A stretch of 64,000 nt of DNA from Lingula anatina (lineage: Eukaryota; Animalia; Brachiopoda): the NCBI GenBank assembly GCA_051362555.1, contig CM120640.1, positions 46,540,788-46,604,787 of the forward strand. Direction: 5' to 3'. Below the pieces are notes generated by a model that was not told where the DNA came from, did not search any database, and saw only the letters and a list, made by a program, of their open reading frames with translations. Both the position numbers and the translations under genes were made by a program. Below are positions 25,601 to 37,600 of this stretch, in pieces (position 1 is the stretch's first letter; the number at the start of each line of letters is the position of its first letter).

Positions 25601-28600
25601 TTTCCCGAACATGGGATACGAAGCGCTCTGCCACCGGAGCAAATATAAAAGGCCGAACAATCAAACGGGTCGGCATAAGTACCACTAGCCCTGTTGTTGC
25701 AACTAAATGCAGCAGCTGAAATAAAGGGAAAATGTTACCAGCTTCAGTTAAAACTTGAATCAAATCATTAAAAGATTTCAGTATTTATATACACATTTCA
25801 ATATTTATATTATTAATATCTGCACCATACCTGCTGGAGGTGGCCTAGCTGTTGTTGTCCTTCTTCGTGTTGTTGGCGCCTGGGTTGTAGTCGGTGCCGG
25901 CGTGGTAGTAGTTGCCCTGGTGGTAGTTGTTGGTGCTCGAGTGGTGACTGGAGGGAAGGTTGGAGGCAGTGTCGTTATCTCCACACAGTTGACATTCTGC
26001 GGAGAGTCGCAGCTCTCGACACGAGGATTGTACCTCAAGTTTCCAGTGCAAGGGATGCGTAGTTGGCGTGAGCCAGAACAAATGTAGAAAGCAGTACAAT
26101 CGAATGGATCAGCGTAGGTTCCGCTTGGTCTGTTGTTACAACTAAATGCTGCAACTGAAATGAATTAATGGCTGTTTATACCTTAACATTTTAATGTAAC
26201 TGTAAATGTAAGATTGTAAGTGCTGTTGTACTGCTTGTCTTGATATAGTTTAGATATATATCCTTTAGAACATTTTGTGAGAATTGATGAGGATGTTTAC
26301 ACAGGTTTCAGACGAGATACACCTCTGTGATTGACATCTAGGTGGCGCCTCTAGCATCTAGCCGTGAAACTGAGACGAGTTTAGCATTGTTCTAAACCGG
26401 CTGAAATACAACGCTTTCATTCAAGCATTATACATGTAAATTGACGGTGATTGCTCTAAAGATATTCAATTTTGAAATATATGTTACCTGAGGGTGCTGC
26501 GGCAGTCGTTGTGGGTCTGGTGGTGGTCGGTCGCCTCGTGGTTGTAGGTCGCCTGGTGGTCGTTGGTCGCCTAGTGGTCGTAGGTCTCCTGGTGGTCGTT
26601 GGTCTCCTAGTGGTTGTTGTAGGACGTGTTGGTGGCAATGTCGCAGCTTCTACGCAGTTTACATTCTGCGGGGAATCACAGCCCCCAATTCTTGGATTGT
26701 AGCGCAAACCTCCTGAACAAGGGATTCGAAGTTCACGTCGTCCAGAACATATGTAAAATGCCGAGCAGTCAAAGGGATCTGGGTATGTCCCACTTGCTCT
26801 TCCAATGCAGCTGAATGGTGCCGCTAAAGTAAATTGAAAATTGCTTACAAATTATGATATATATGTAGTTAGTGAAAAGCAAAGAAGAAAACTACAAAGG
26901 TGCAGCACTCTTGATTAATGTCCATTAATCAAAAAAGTCCTAAAATATCATACCTGTAGGCACTGGAGTTGTAGGCCTTTGTGTGGTTGGTGCCCGTGTG
27001 GTAGTTGGTGCAGGGGTGGTAGTAGTAGTAGTTGGTGGTCGGGTGGTTGTAGTAGTTGCTCGGGTGGTGGTAGTAGGTGCTCGGGTGGTGGTGGTAGGTG
27101 AAACAAGAATAGCTTCTACACAGTCGGTATTGCGCGCCAGATCACAGCTCCCGATGCGGGGGTTGTAACGGAAAGATCCCGAACAAGGAATGCGTATCTC
27201 TCTGCCCCCAGAGCAAATGTAGAAAGCCCTGCAATCGAATGGATCGGGGTATGTTCCACTTGCCCTGTTGTTACAAGTAAATGGTAATGCTGAAAAAGAT
27301 AAATATTTCGATTACATGTGATGAGATGCCTCGCTTATACATTAACGTATTATTTCACTTAAAACAATTTGATGGGAAGTCTTAGAAAGGGTAATAATTC
27401 AATTAAAATGCATAATTGAATGCTCAACTTTCATAAAAAAATGGTAAGGTATGTGTCATTAGAAAGATCATGGTCAAGCACCTTCGATGTGTTGTCTGTG
27501 TAGGATTTAGACTTTTCACTAAAATTACTTATATAATTCACTCTACTGGTGTATAAGTTGTTGGTAATGGCCTGGTATACGTCTCTGTTGTTGATCATAG
27601 TTATACGATAATTGTTCGTTCCAGGATGAAAAGAGGCGAACTTTATAGCTGGTGTGTCAGTCGACAAGATCGTTATTGATTGAAGCAGCTTGGTCTATTA
27701 TACACCAGCATGTTTCATATTTTGATTGATGACTGCGGTTGACAATTCCCTATGATTAAGCAAACGTAACTCAACCCTAGTTCGTTGTTTATAACAATCA
27801 TTATCTGTCTAAAGGGGGGCATACCTGTTGGTCTTGCAGGGGTAGGGGGCACTGTTGTCGTAGGTCTCTGTGTGGTCGGTCTCCTGGTTGTTGTTGTTGT
27901 TGTTGCCCTTGTAGTAGTAGTAGTTGCTCTCGTGGTAGTTGTAGTTGGAGGCGGCCGGGTGGTAGTTGGCGGCAGAGTTGGGGGTGGCGTCGTCACTTCT
28001 ACACAGCCGACGTTAGCCGGAGAATCACAGCCTCCTAAACGGGGGTTAAATCGCAGATTCCCCGAGCAAGGAATGCGCAGTTCATTTGCACCAGAACATA
28101 TGTAGAAAGCTGTGCAATCGAAAGGATCAGCGTAAGTTCCACTTGCTCTGTTGTTGCAAGTGAACGGAGGAACTGAAACAGATCAACAACTTCACATTGT
28201 CAATCACTAATCTACAAAAATGATAACTATACAACTGTGAAGTACACAGTTAATTTACAAATAGCAATTGGTTTCTTCTTACAAAAGTTGAAGAATAAGG
28301 TATTTAGTCATAAAGTATGCTAACAATATTTACAGTATTTATGGTGGTTGAGAAAAGGTAATTTCTTCTAATGATTTTTTTCACAATTAATTGTTTTACC
28401 TGTAGGAGCAGGAGGGATGGTAGTCGTGGTGGTTGGACGCGGTGTTGTAGTTGTGGTTGCTATATTAAATAAATAAAATATTTCATTTAGTATTGTTTTT
28501 GATAGTTATTTTTTGGTGGGTACTGCATGACTGGTAATCTAGCGACAGTTTGTGTAGTAACATTTTGTTGTATGTTAAGTGGAGAGCCGATTAGTTTTGT

Positions 28601-31600
28601 TGTTTTATGAAGATGTGATGGTAGTACATTACATGAAGACATTATGATTTGGTGCTGATTAAGTATTGTCCATGCCGAGAGTGTTTTGTTACTGCCTGGG
28701 TATAATTTTGCACATTGGTGACCGATATTGAGGTTTAATTTTTTTGAAATAATACTTTTCAAAATATGGCATGCATCACAATCATAATCTAAACTTAAAA
28801 TTGAACAGTACAGTTCTGGGCTATAATGGATACTCTTTGTAATTCCCAAGCTCTTACAAATTTAATGCAAGTGAGTATACTAGTATCTTCCCCCATTAAA
28901 CTTACCATAAAACCTTCAAAAAACTTTTTTACAACTATCAAAGCAGTCCAATACTTTTACCTGATGCCCTTGGTATGATTAAATATGAATCATTTGGTTG
29001 AGTGGAAGGTACAGTCGGCAAAGTTCTTTCAACGAGAGAGAGCTCTTTGTAAGTTGCCGCCGTTGTAGATGTAGTGGATGACCCGATGGGACAGTCCACG
29101 TATTCAGGCAGATCGCAAGTTCCTATTATGAAGTTATACAATCTCCCTTCTGGACACTGAAGGTGCTGGGGTACTGGGCCATCACATAGGATATAGCCTG
29201 AGCAGCTGTTAGGGTCGGGAAGAGTACCAGACCAGCCAGCACAAGGCGACTGTGATGGTGCTGCTGCATTCGAAAAAATAGACTTCTAGATATGCCCCCC
29301 GGGTTTTGTAAAGATATTTAATATAAGACCACCTTTCCGGGTTAAAGCAGCTTGCCACAGGCATTTAAGCCATTTATATGATGTATTTTGCTTAAGCGGC
29401 ATGGCAAGGAGGTTTGCCAAATATATCTGAATTATTTAGCATTATGAAAGAGACCTAATCGACCTCAGAGACACCTGGAGCTACCAAGAACAACGAAATA
29501 GCATAAATACTACAAAACCCTGCATCAACAGAAGTTGCCGTAGACTAACCATGCGCCAAGAAATACCGACTAAAAGACATCTGAATATAATCCAGAAATA
29601 CATTTGACACGTATTTGAAAAAGCAAGAGGACCACGCCGAGCCAACCGATTGAAAGAAAGCTTACAGAGATAAACCATGCAAATATCAAATCGGGAAGTT
29701 ACATGTACAAAGATCTATGAGTGGTCGTGTGTGAATTAAGCGTATATGAAGCAGCAATACCTTATCAAGATTGAAGCAACAGATACATATGGGGTGAAAG
29801 CGGTGGTGTATAGGCGAATAATGCGATGCTCGAGCTATTGATTCCGCTGCATGAATACAAAAAAGCATACTAAGGCAAGTGATCTACGTACTTTATAGTG
29901 ACAAAGAAAATAAATATCCAACTTCTTGGAAAATTCTATGATGAACGTGTCCGATTACATCATGGGTATTCTTACAAAATTAATGTCCTGAATTGAAAAT
30001 GATTTACACCATGTACAACAAATCGCTCTCGATATAACTTGGTGTGGGGTTTTCCTATCATGATTGAAGAAACGTTGTTCTTTATAATCTTATTCAAATC
30101 AGTTCACGTACCTGTCGTGGTAGTGGGAAGAGGTCCTCTAGTTGTAGTGGTTGTAGTACGACTAGTTGTTGTCGTTTCTATTGATGAAAGTACAATTTAC
30201 TGGAATTCTTTTTTACATATTACTTCTAATATGCCCTCTTTTAAAACAATGGTAATATTAGCAATTATTGTGATCTAAAATGACAGCTGAAAGCCCTTGT
30301 GTTTGGTTACTCTGTTAACATTCACTTTACAGTTGGTTTCAGTACAAGGTTGTAGTTGTATATTACCCTGCCAGCTTGCGCAGCTGGGGCATTTCTGCAG
30401 CTATTTGTGGCTTTCATTTAGGCACCCCACCTGGGCTTGCAGGTGGATAGTATGGTGCTTAGACCAATGAAACAGTGCAACCCATAGGAAGCACAGCCCA
30501 CAAAAGTCCCGTCAGGGCTGTCAGGCGTGTTGGCCGAGCAACCTTTATCTTATTGATCTGATATGTACATACCCCTTGTAGTTGTTGTAGGTCTCCTTGT
30601 AGTTGTCCTCGGTCTCCTTGTTGTTACCGGCACACGACGGGTTGTGACAGCAGTAGCTAGGTTAAGGCTACAGTCCACTATGTTGGGCAGATCACAGGAC
30701 CCAGTGACCGTATTATAAAGTCTCCCATCAACACACTGTATGCGTTGTTCTAGAGATCCTGCACAGACGTAGAAATAGGAACAGTCTGCTGGGTCGGCGA
30801 AGGTGCCACGTCTTCCGGCACAGGAAAATGTTGGTCCTGCAAAAATACTTCATTTGTGGAATTCTTACTTAATAAAAGATCGGTTTGTCGTTTTTTCCAA
30901 CTCATGGCTAACGATTTGTATTTGCAGCTTAAATTTTGTAAAACAGTCAAATACATACCGACTGTTGCGACGCGAGAAACTACGAACTCTTTAAACCTTC
31001 TTTCAAAAGCGCATCTCAGAGTCCTGTTTAAAATACATATAGATTGTTCTTCTAATATTGGCAGTTAACGATCGACTATCCATTGAAATATTTACTTACC
31101 ATTTGCAAGCAATTCAATAAAAACTATAAATTTTATAAGGTAGCCGATAAGATAAAATTTGAACCCAAAGCTTCGATTTCTTTGGTGTCCTGATAGCTCT
31201 TTTCATTAACATGTACGTCCTTTGTGATACTTAAGGTAGAATGCGAAACCCAGCTAACACTGAACGTTAAAATAACGTTACCATAACGTTTTTTTTACCA
31301 AAGAACGACATGGTCACGTAATGGCAACGTTATAAAACGTTCTGTGTTTGCTGGGAAGGGCAATATTAAGCTAGCAGTGAAACGGCAAAAGTCGGGGTGT
31401 AAAAATAAGAAAAAGCCTTGAAACCATACCACGCTTATCACGATTTTACATCTAAAACAACTATGCTTAGCTGCTGAATATTTGACTACTTCCTATATTC
31501 TGCATTTGCTATCGTTGAAAGGAATTTATATTTGAGACAAGATATATTTGAAAAATATCAACTACCAGGTATTTTAGGCGAAATAACACATTACGACGTA

Positions 31601-34600
31601 TAATAAACATTTTATTAAATCCAAACAACACAATACAAAACGTTGGTCTAGAGGAGGACCACCCTTTTTTTAAGCAGAAAGGGGTAAAGGAGTTACCCCA
31701 CTGTGGGCCTAAAGCCTTATTTCATGCACTTAATTTAAAAAAATACTTCCCGGGATAGGGGGAGTGTTTTGTAATATCCTACATCCACTAATGCAATCAA
31801 GTGTAGACATAACAGCTTTGTTAATGTTGTGAAATAAATCCTAATCCAATTAATGTATTAACTGATCTCACATTGGCTGTTTCTTTAATCAAAATTAAAT
31901 GCAAACATATTACGATAGAAAGCGAGCGGTTACAGCATTTTTTAATTAGGTCTCCAAATTTGTCATTAAAAGCTCACAACCAAACGTAACAATCAAGCAC
32001 GACTACGACACTTAAGAATCAGTCTTGCGTATCCGCAATGAACTCATTAATAAAGAAAGTATTTGAAAAATATAAAAATGCAGTAAAATTTTAAAGCAGA
32101 GTTAGACATTTGTTAAAGACAGATCTATTATTAACTTCTAATATTTTACTTCAAGAAAAGCAACCATGGGATCAAGAAAGCAGTTAGGTTAATGCGGCTG
32201 CACTAGTAATTGGTTTACTTACGGTGCTATCTATCAAACGGTCTATAAACAGTGCCTCATACTGGTCAAAGCATTTCACGTATAATTACATCCATAACCT
32301 ATCCTCCAATGTAGTTTATAACAGTAGACTAGGCAACATTTCCCAGGTTAGAACAGTGTTATAACGGAATATAACATTAGTTATCGTATATAAAACATAA
32401 TATGACATCGGTTAGTGCACAACTAGTACATACGTATATAGTATATACAAGACAAGTGTATCATTTCATTTAGCACGAACGCCTAACCGGTAAAAAAAGA
32501 CAGAGCCCCGATCCTACCTGCAGGTGGCGCTGTTGGTTGTGGAGGCGGTGGGGGCCTAGTGGTCGGAGCGGGGGTTGGTGCTGGAGTGACCAAAACAGCT
32601 GGCCTACATTGGACCCTGGCTGGCCAGTCGCAAGACTGGATATTTGGGTTGTACAGCAGAGTTCCCTGGCACTGAACACGTCTTTCCTGGCCGCCGTTAC
32701 AAATGTAAAAGGCTGAACAGTCAAATGGATCCGCGAAAAATCCTGATGGTTTGCCCTGGCACGTGAATGGCAAAGCTGGAAGAAAACAGTAAAATGTGTT
32801 ATTTTTACTCCCATGTCTTTGGTGAACCTCTTGCCAGTATCTCGCCTGTCTGCGGGAGCATTTTTGTACAGTGGGCATTGTAACCTGCGGCCGTTGGTTT
32901 TGAAACATCGACTTTTCACGGTCAAAGGGTGGGCTTACAGGAGGACTGTTGCTACACGTTAGACCATTGTTAAACTCATCTACCAAGAAAATCTTCAAGA
33001 AGATGTAAACTAGTCATAATAATCATTCTAGAAATATCTAAATGTTAGGTGTTCTATGGAGTTCAAATCAATCGCTTCTATTCTCTCAACGTACATGCCA
33101 GAAGGGTTAAGATACATGCAGTAGAACAAAGTATTTACTCGATAAAAACAGAAAAACTAACATCACAACTTTAAATTATTACATTTCATGCAAAAATAAA
33201 AATGTACAATCTTAACATTTTGTTAGGAAGGTTGCTACGTTCACTACAGATAAAATCATTGAAACTCTCATCAACTCTCATGCCGATCCGATAGTATATG
33301 TATATATATATATATATATGGCCCATGCCTACCTGTTGGCGGTGGGTCGGTAGTTGTAGTGGTTGGGTTGGTTGTGGTTGTTGATGGGGGTTGGGGAGTT
33401 TGTTGTAGTGGCGGTTGAGGCGGGATGGTTTCTCGAGGAGATAGTGTCGGTATCAGTGGCGGTGTAGGTTGGAGAGGAACGTTTTGTCGTTGGGTGTTAG
33501 TAGTTGTTGGTCGAGTTGTTGGTTGAGTTGTTGTTGTGGTCGTAGTTGTAGTTGGCCTGGTCACCAACACTGCTGGTCTACAGTTAACATTCCTTGCCCA
33601 GTCACAAGAACGACGACGTGGGTTGAACAACAATCCAAACTGACAAGGTATTCTTGTAGCCCGACCACCAGAACACGTATAAAAGAAGGAACAATCGAAA
33701 GGATCTGCATAGGATCCTGGTCCTTTGCCCTCGCACGTAAACGGATAGGCTGGAATTGACACCGAAGTTATTACAGTTAAGAATATCAGAGTGAGAAGTA
33801 AGAAAGACGTTTATTACCTGCATGCACTGAACTGACTTGCTTTGAAAAAAATTCAAACATGACTGACTTATGAATTAGTAAAACAAACAAACAAAAATCT
33901 ACGATTGTACACTTCCCTGACTGAAACAAAAATAAACAATGTGTGATACCGTTAAAACGTGCATGCTGAACAAGAAACTAATTGGCAAGTAAACACTCAC
34001 CAGGAATCAAATTATCTTGTGTTAAAAAGAGGAAGCCCAAACATTCCACTAATTTTTAAAAGGAGGATGACACATTTCAAAGCCAATAACTTATTTGTAC
34101 TATTTTCATGATTATTACCAAGGAATTTGTTAATAGGAAGTTCGCTACATATACATGGAATATGGGGTTGCTCAATAAGAGTGGGAGGTTTTGGAAAAGG
34201 GTTGTGGCGGTGATAGCAGGTCATATACATATATCGAATTTAAATGCGTCAACTTCCTCGTTTTTGTCTAGTGCATTAATGGTAAGAAATATATCATCCA
34301 TACCTGTAGGCGGCGGGAGAGTGGTAGTCGGAGTTGTGGGTGGGGGCAGTGTGGTTGGTTGAGGTGGTGATGTGGGTTGGGCTGCTGGAGTTGGTTGTGG
34401 TTGTGATGGTTGAGAAAGAATTGTCGGTTGAGGCTGGAGTTCATTTAATGTACTACTATTAGGTACAGGCTGAACCAGTTGAGGAAGTGTGCGTATCTCG
34501 GGAGACCGAGGCGTCGATGGTGCAACTGTAGTTGTCGTTGTTGTTGTAGTCGTAGTTGTTGTTGGTCTGGTCACCAACACTGCTGGTCTACAGTTAACAT

Positions 34601-37600
34601 TCCTTGCCCAGTCACAAGAACGACGACGTGGGTTGAACAACAATCCAAACTGACAAGGTATTCTTGTAGCCCGACCACCAGAACACGTATAAAAGAAGGA
34701 ACAATCGAAAGGATCTGCATAGGATCCTGGTCCTTTGCCCTCGCACGTAAACGGATAGGCTGGAATTGACACCGAAGTTATTACAGTTTAGAAAATTCTT
34801 TTTAATACTAGCATGCACCAAAAAGACTTGCCTTGACAAAATTTCTGACATGTGAAATTAGTAAATAGAAACTACAATTTCACACTACTTGGACAGAAAC
34901 AAATATAGACAATGTGAGATACAGATTAAACGTGCAAGTTTAAAAAGGAACTATTCAAAAGATTACCAATCAATCATAATATAAGAATCAACTTATGTCA
35001 TGTTAAAAAAAGGACAACTCAAACGTTTCATTGGTTTTAGTAAAGAAGGTAGCGCATTCAAAAGCTGATGACTTATTTGTACCTTTTTCATGAAAATAAT
35101 GTAGGAAAAATTTAATTAATTTCGTTGCAAATAGTATCAAATGGGGCTGCTCATTAAGTCTAGGACACGAGAAGTATTGCCAGTCAAAGCTGGCCATATG
35201 TCTCGGCTTCAGATGCGTTAACTTCCTCCCTTTTTTCCTAGTGCATTAATGGTAAGAAATATACCATCCATACCTGTAGGCGGCGGGAGAGTTGTAGTAG
35301 GAGTTGTTGGTGGGGGCCGTGTGGTTGTTTGTGGTGGTCGTGTGGGTTGGGCTGGTGGGGTTAGTTGTGGTTGTGATGGTTGAGGAAGAAATGTCGGTTG
35401 GGGCTGAAGATTACTAAATGTGTTACTGTTTGGAACAGGTTGAACCAGTGGGGGAAGTGTGCGTCTCTCGGGAGACCGAGTCGTCGATGGTGCAATTGTA
35501 GTTGTCGTTGTTGTTGTGGTCGTAGTTGTAGTTGGTCTGGTCACCAACACTGCTGGTCTACAGTTAACATTCCTTGCCCAGTCACAAGAACGACGACGGG
35601 GGTTGAACAACAATCCAAACTGACAAGGTACTCTTGTAGCCCGGCCACCAGAACACGTATAAAAGAAGGAACAATCGAATGGATCTGCATAGGATCCTGG
35701 TCCTTTGCCTTCACATGTAAACGGATAGGCTGAAAGTTCCAACATTGTTAATTTAAAGTTGAGAGGATAGATTCATTTACACATCAGTGAGGTAACAGAT
35801 AAAGTCAATAATGTTACAAAACAAAGTGAGAAATCTAAATTGTACGCAATGGTGAATTGAAAGAAATGAAAGTGTTAATAATTTGAGAACTGCACACATG
35901 CATATTAAACAGAACTATATCACAGAAAAGAAAAGTTATTTTGAAAGCCTACTGCATACCTGTTGGTGGCGGACCGGTTGTAGTCGAAGTTGTTGGTTGT
36001 GGCGGTTGTGTAGGTTGTGGTATTAGTGTTTGTGGTGGAGGCCTGGTTGGTTGCGGTAGAGAAGGGGGTTGGTTGATTGGTTGGAGTGAATCAATCCTCG
36101 GATTGACCCTGGAAGGAATGACTTGAAGTGACGGAGACGTTTGTCTTAACGTGAATTGATTATCTGCGGATGTAGTAGTGGGAATAGTGGTAGTAGTGGG
36201 CCGTGTAACCAAAATTGCAGGTCTACAGTTAACGTTCCTCGCCCAATCACAAGTTCGGCGTCTTGGGTCAAACATTAATCCACTTTGACATGACAGTCGC
36301 CGTGCCCGACCACCAGAGCAAACATAGAAGTAGGAACAATCAAAAGGATCGGCATACGATCCTGGCCTTCTACCAAGACATGTAAACGGATAGGCTGAAA
36401 ATTAATAGATGCCTTATAGAAACAATAAGGTTCACATTCAAAACATTAGGCAACATTATTACAGGTACGGACAAAAGATTCACTCTTGTTACAATAGGGG
36501 TTAATATAACTTTTCTTTTAAAATAATGGGTTATGTCTTAAAAATCAGCTATTCTCTACAAAACATGCAAGTAAACCCCGTGACACAATACAGAGTTCTT
36601 TATACCATCAGAATTTCACCTACTGACAGGGTATTTTACCTGTAGGTGGCGGACCTGTCGTTGTGGTAGTTGTAGTAGTAGGTGTTGTCGACCTAGTAGT
36701 AGTTGTTGGTTGTGTCACCCTACTTGTTGTAGGTACTGGGGGAGTGGTTGTAGTGGTGGTTGTGGTAGTAGTTGTGGTAGGTGTGGTAGGTCTTGTGACC
36801 AGAATGGCTGGTCTACATTGTACATTTCCTGGCCAATCGCAGGAACCGAGGCTTGGACTGAAAAGCAGTCCAGGTTGGCAAGAAATTCGTCTTGCTCTAC
36901 CACCGGTGCAAATATAAAAATGTTCGCAATCAAAAGGATCGGCATAGGTACCAGAACCTCTTCCATCGCACGTGAAAGGATATGCTGAAAAATATAGTTT
37001 GATTATGTCGCTACAAGACTTACTTTTGGCGACGAAACATTTAAAATGACCACTGTGAAGTATCGTCATTGTTAGTTAGAGTTTAAAAGGCATGCAACTT
37101 TTTTTCACAAAACACAGACTTACATAATGATAGATTGTTTTAAGTTCTCAGACGGACACTGCAAAAATAGGTGAACAAAAATGTTAAGGGAAGAAAACAT
37201 CCATAAAAAGTCATGTTTAATATTTTGGTGTCACCTTTATGGCAGTAATTGCGATAAACTTATAAAAATGCACGTACTAACATACCTGTCAAATATCATT
37301 TAAAATCTTGATGTCGTAATGGAGTAAGCATATGGATAATATGTTATGAGGCATATTACCCATTATAATTTGCTAAAAAGGTGACAGTTTCAAGTTAAAA
37401 TGTTAAAAAAAAAGATAATATAATATTATGAATGTCATACATGACAGACGCATACCTGTTGGTGGTGGACCAGTGGTTGTAGGGATTGTTGTTCTTTGTG
37501 GGGTTGGTTGGATTTGTATTGGTTGGCGCTGTGCTGGTTGTCTCGATGTTTGTGTTAGTTGGGGTCGGGGGTTTCTGAATGTGTTAAAAGGAGGGCGAGT

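Noticed and set aside
29300-30550. GC-richer or A-skewed intronic patches that might be SINE/LINE fragments
   Set aside because: No termini, target-site duplication, A/B boxes or RT motifs could be identified by eye. A Dfam/RepeatMasker search would be needed.
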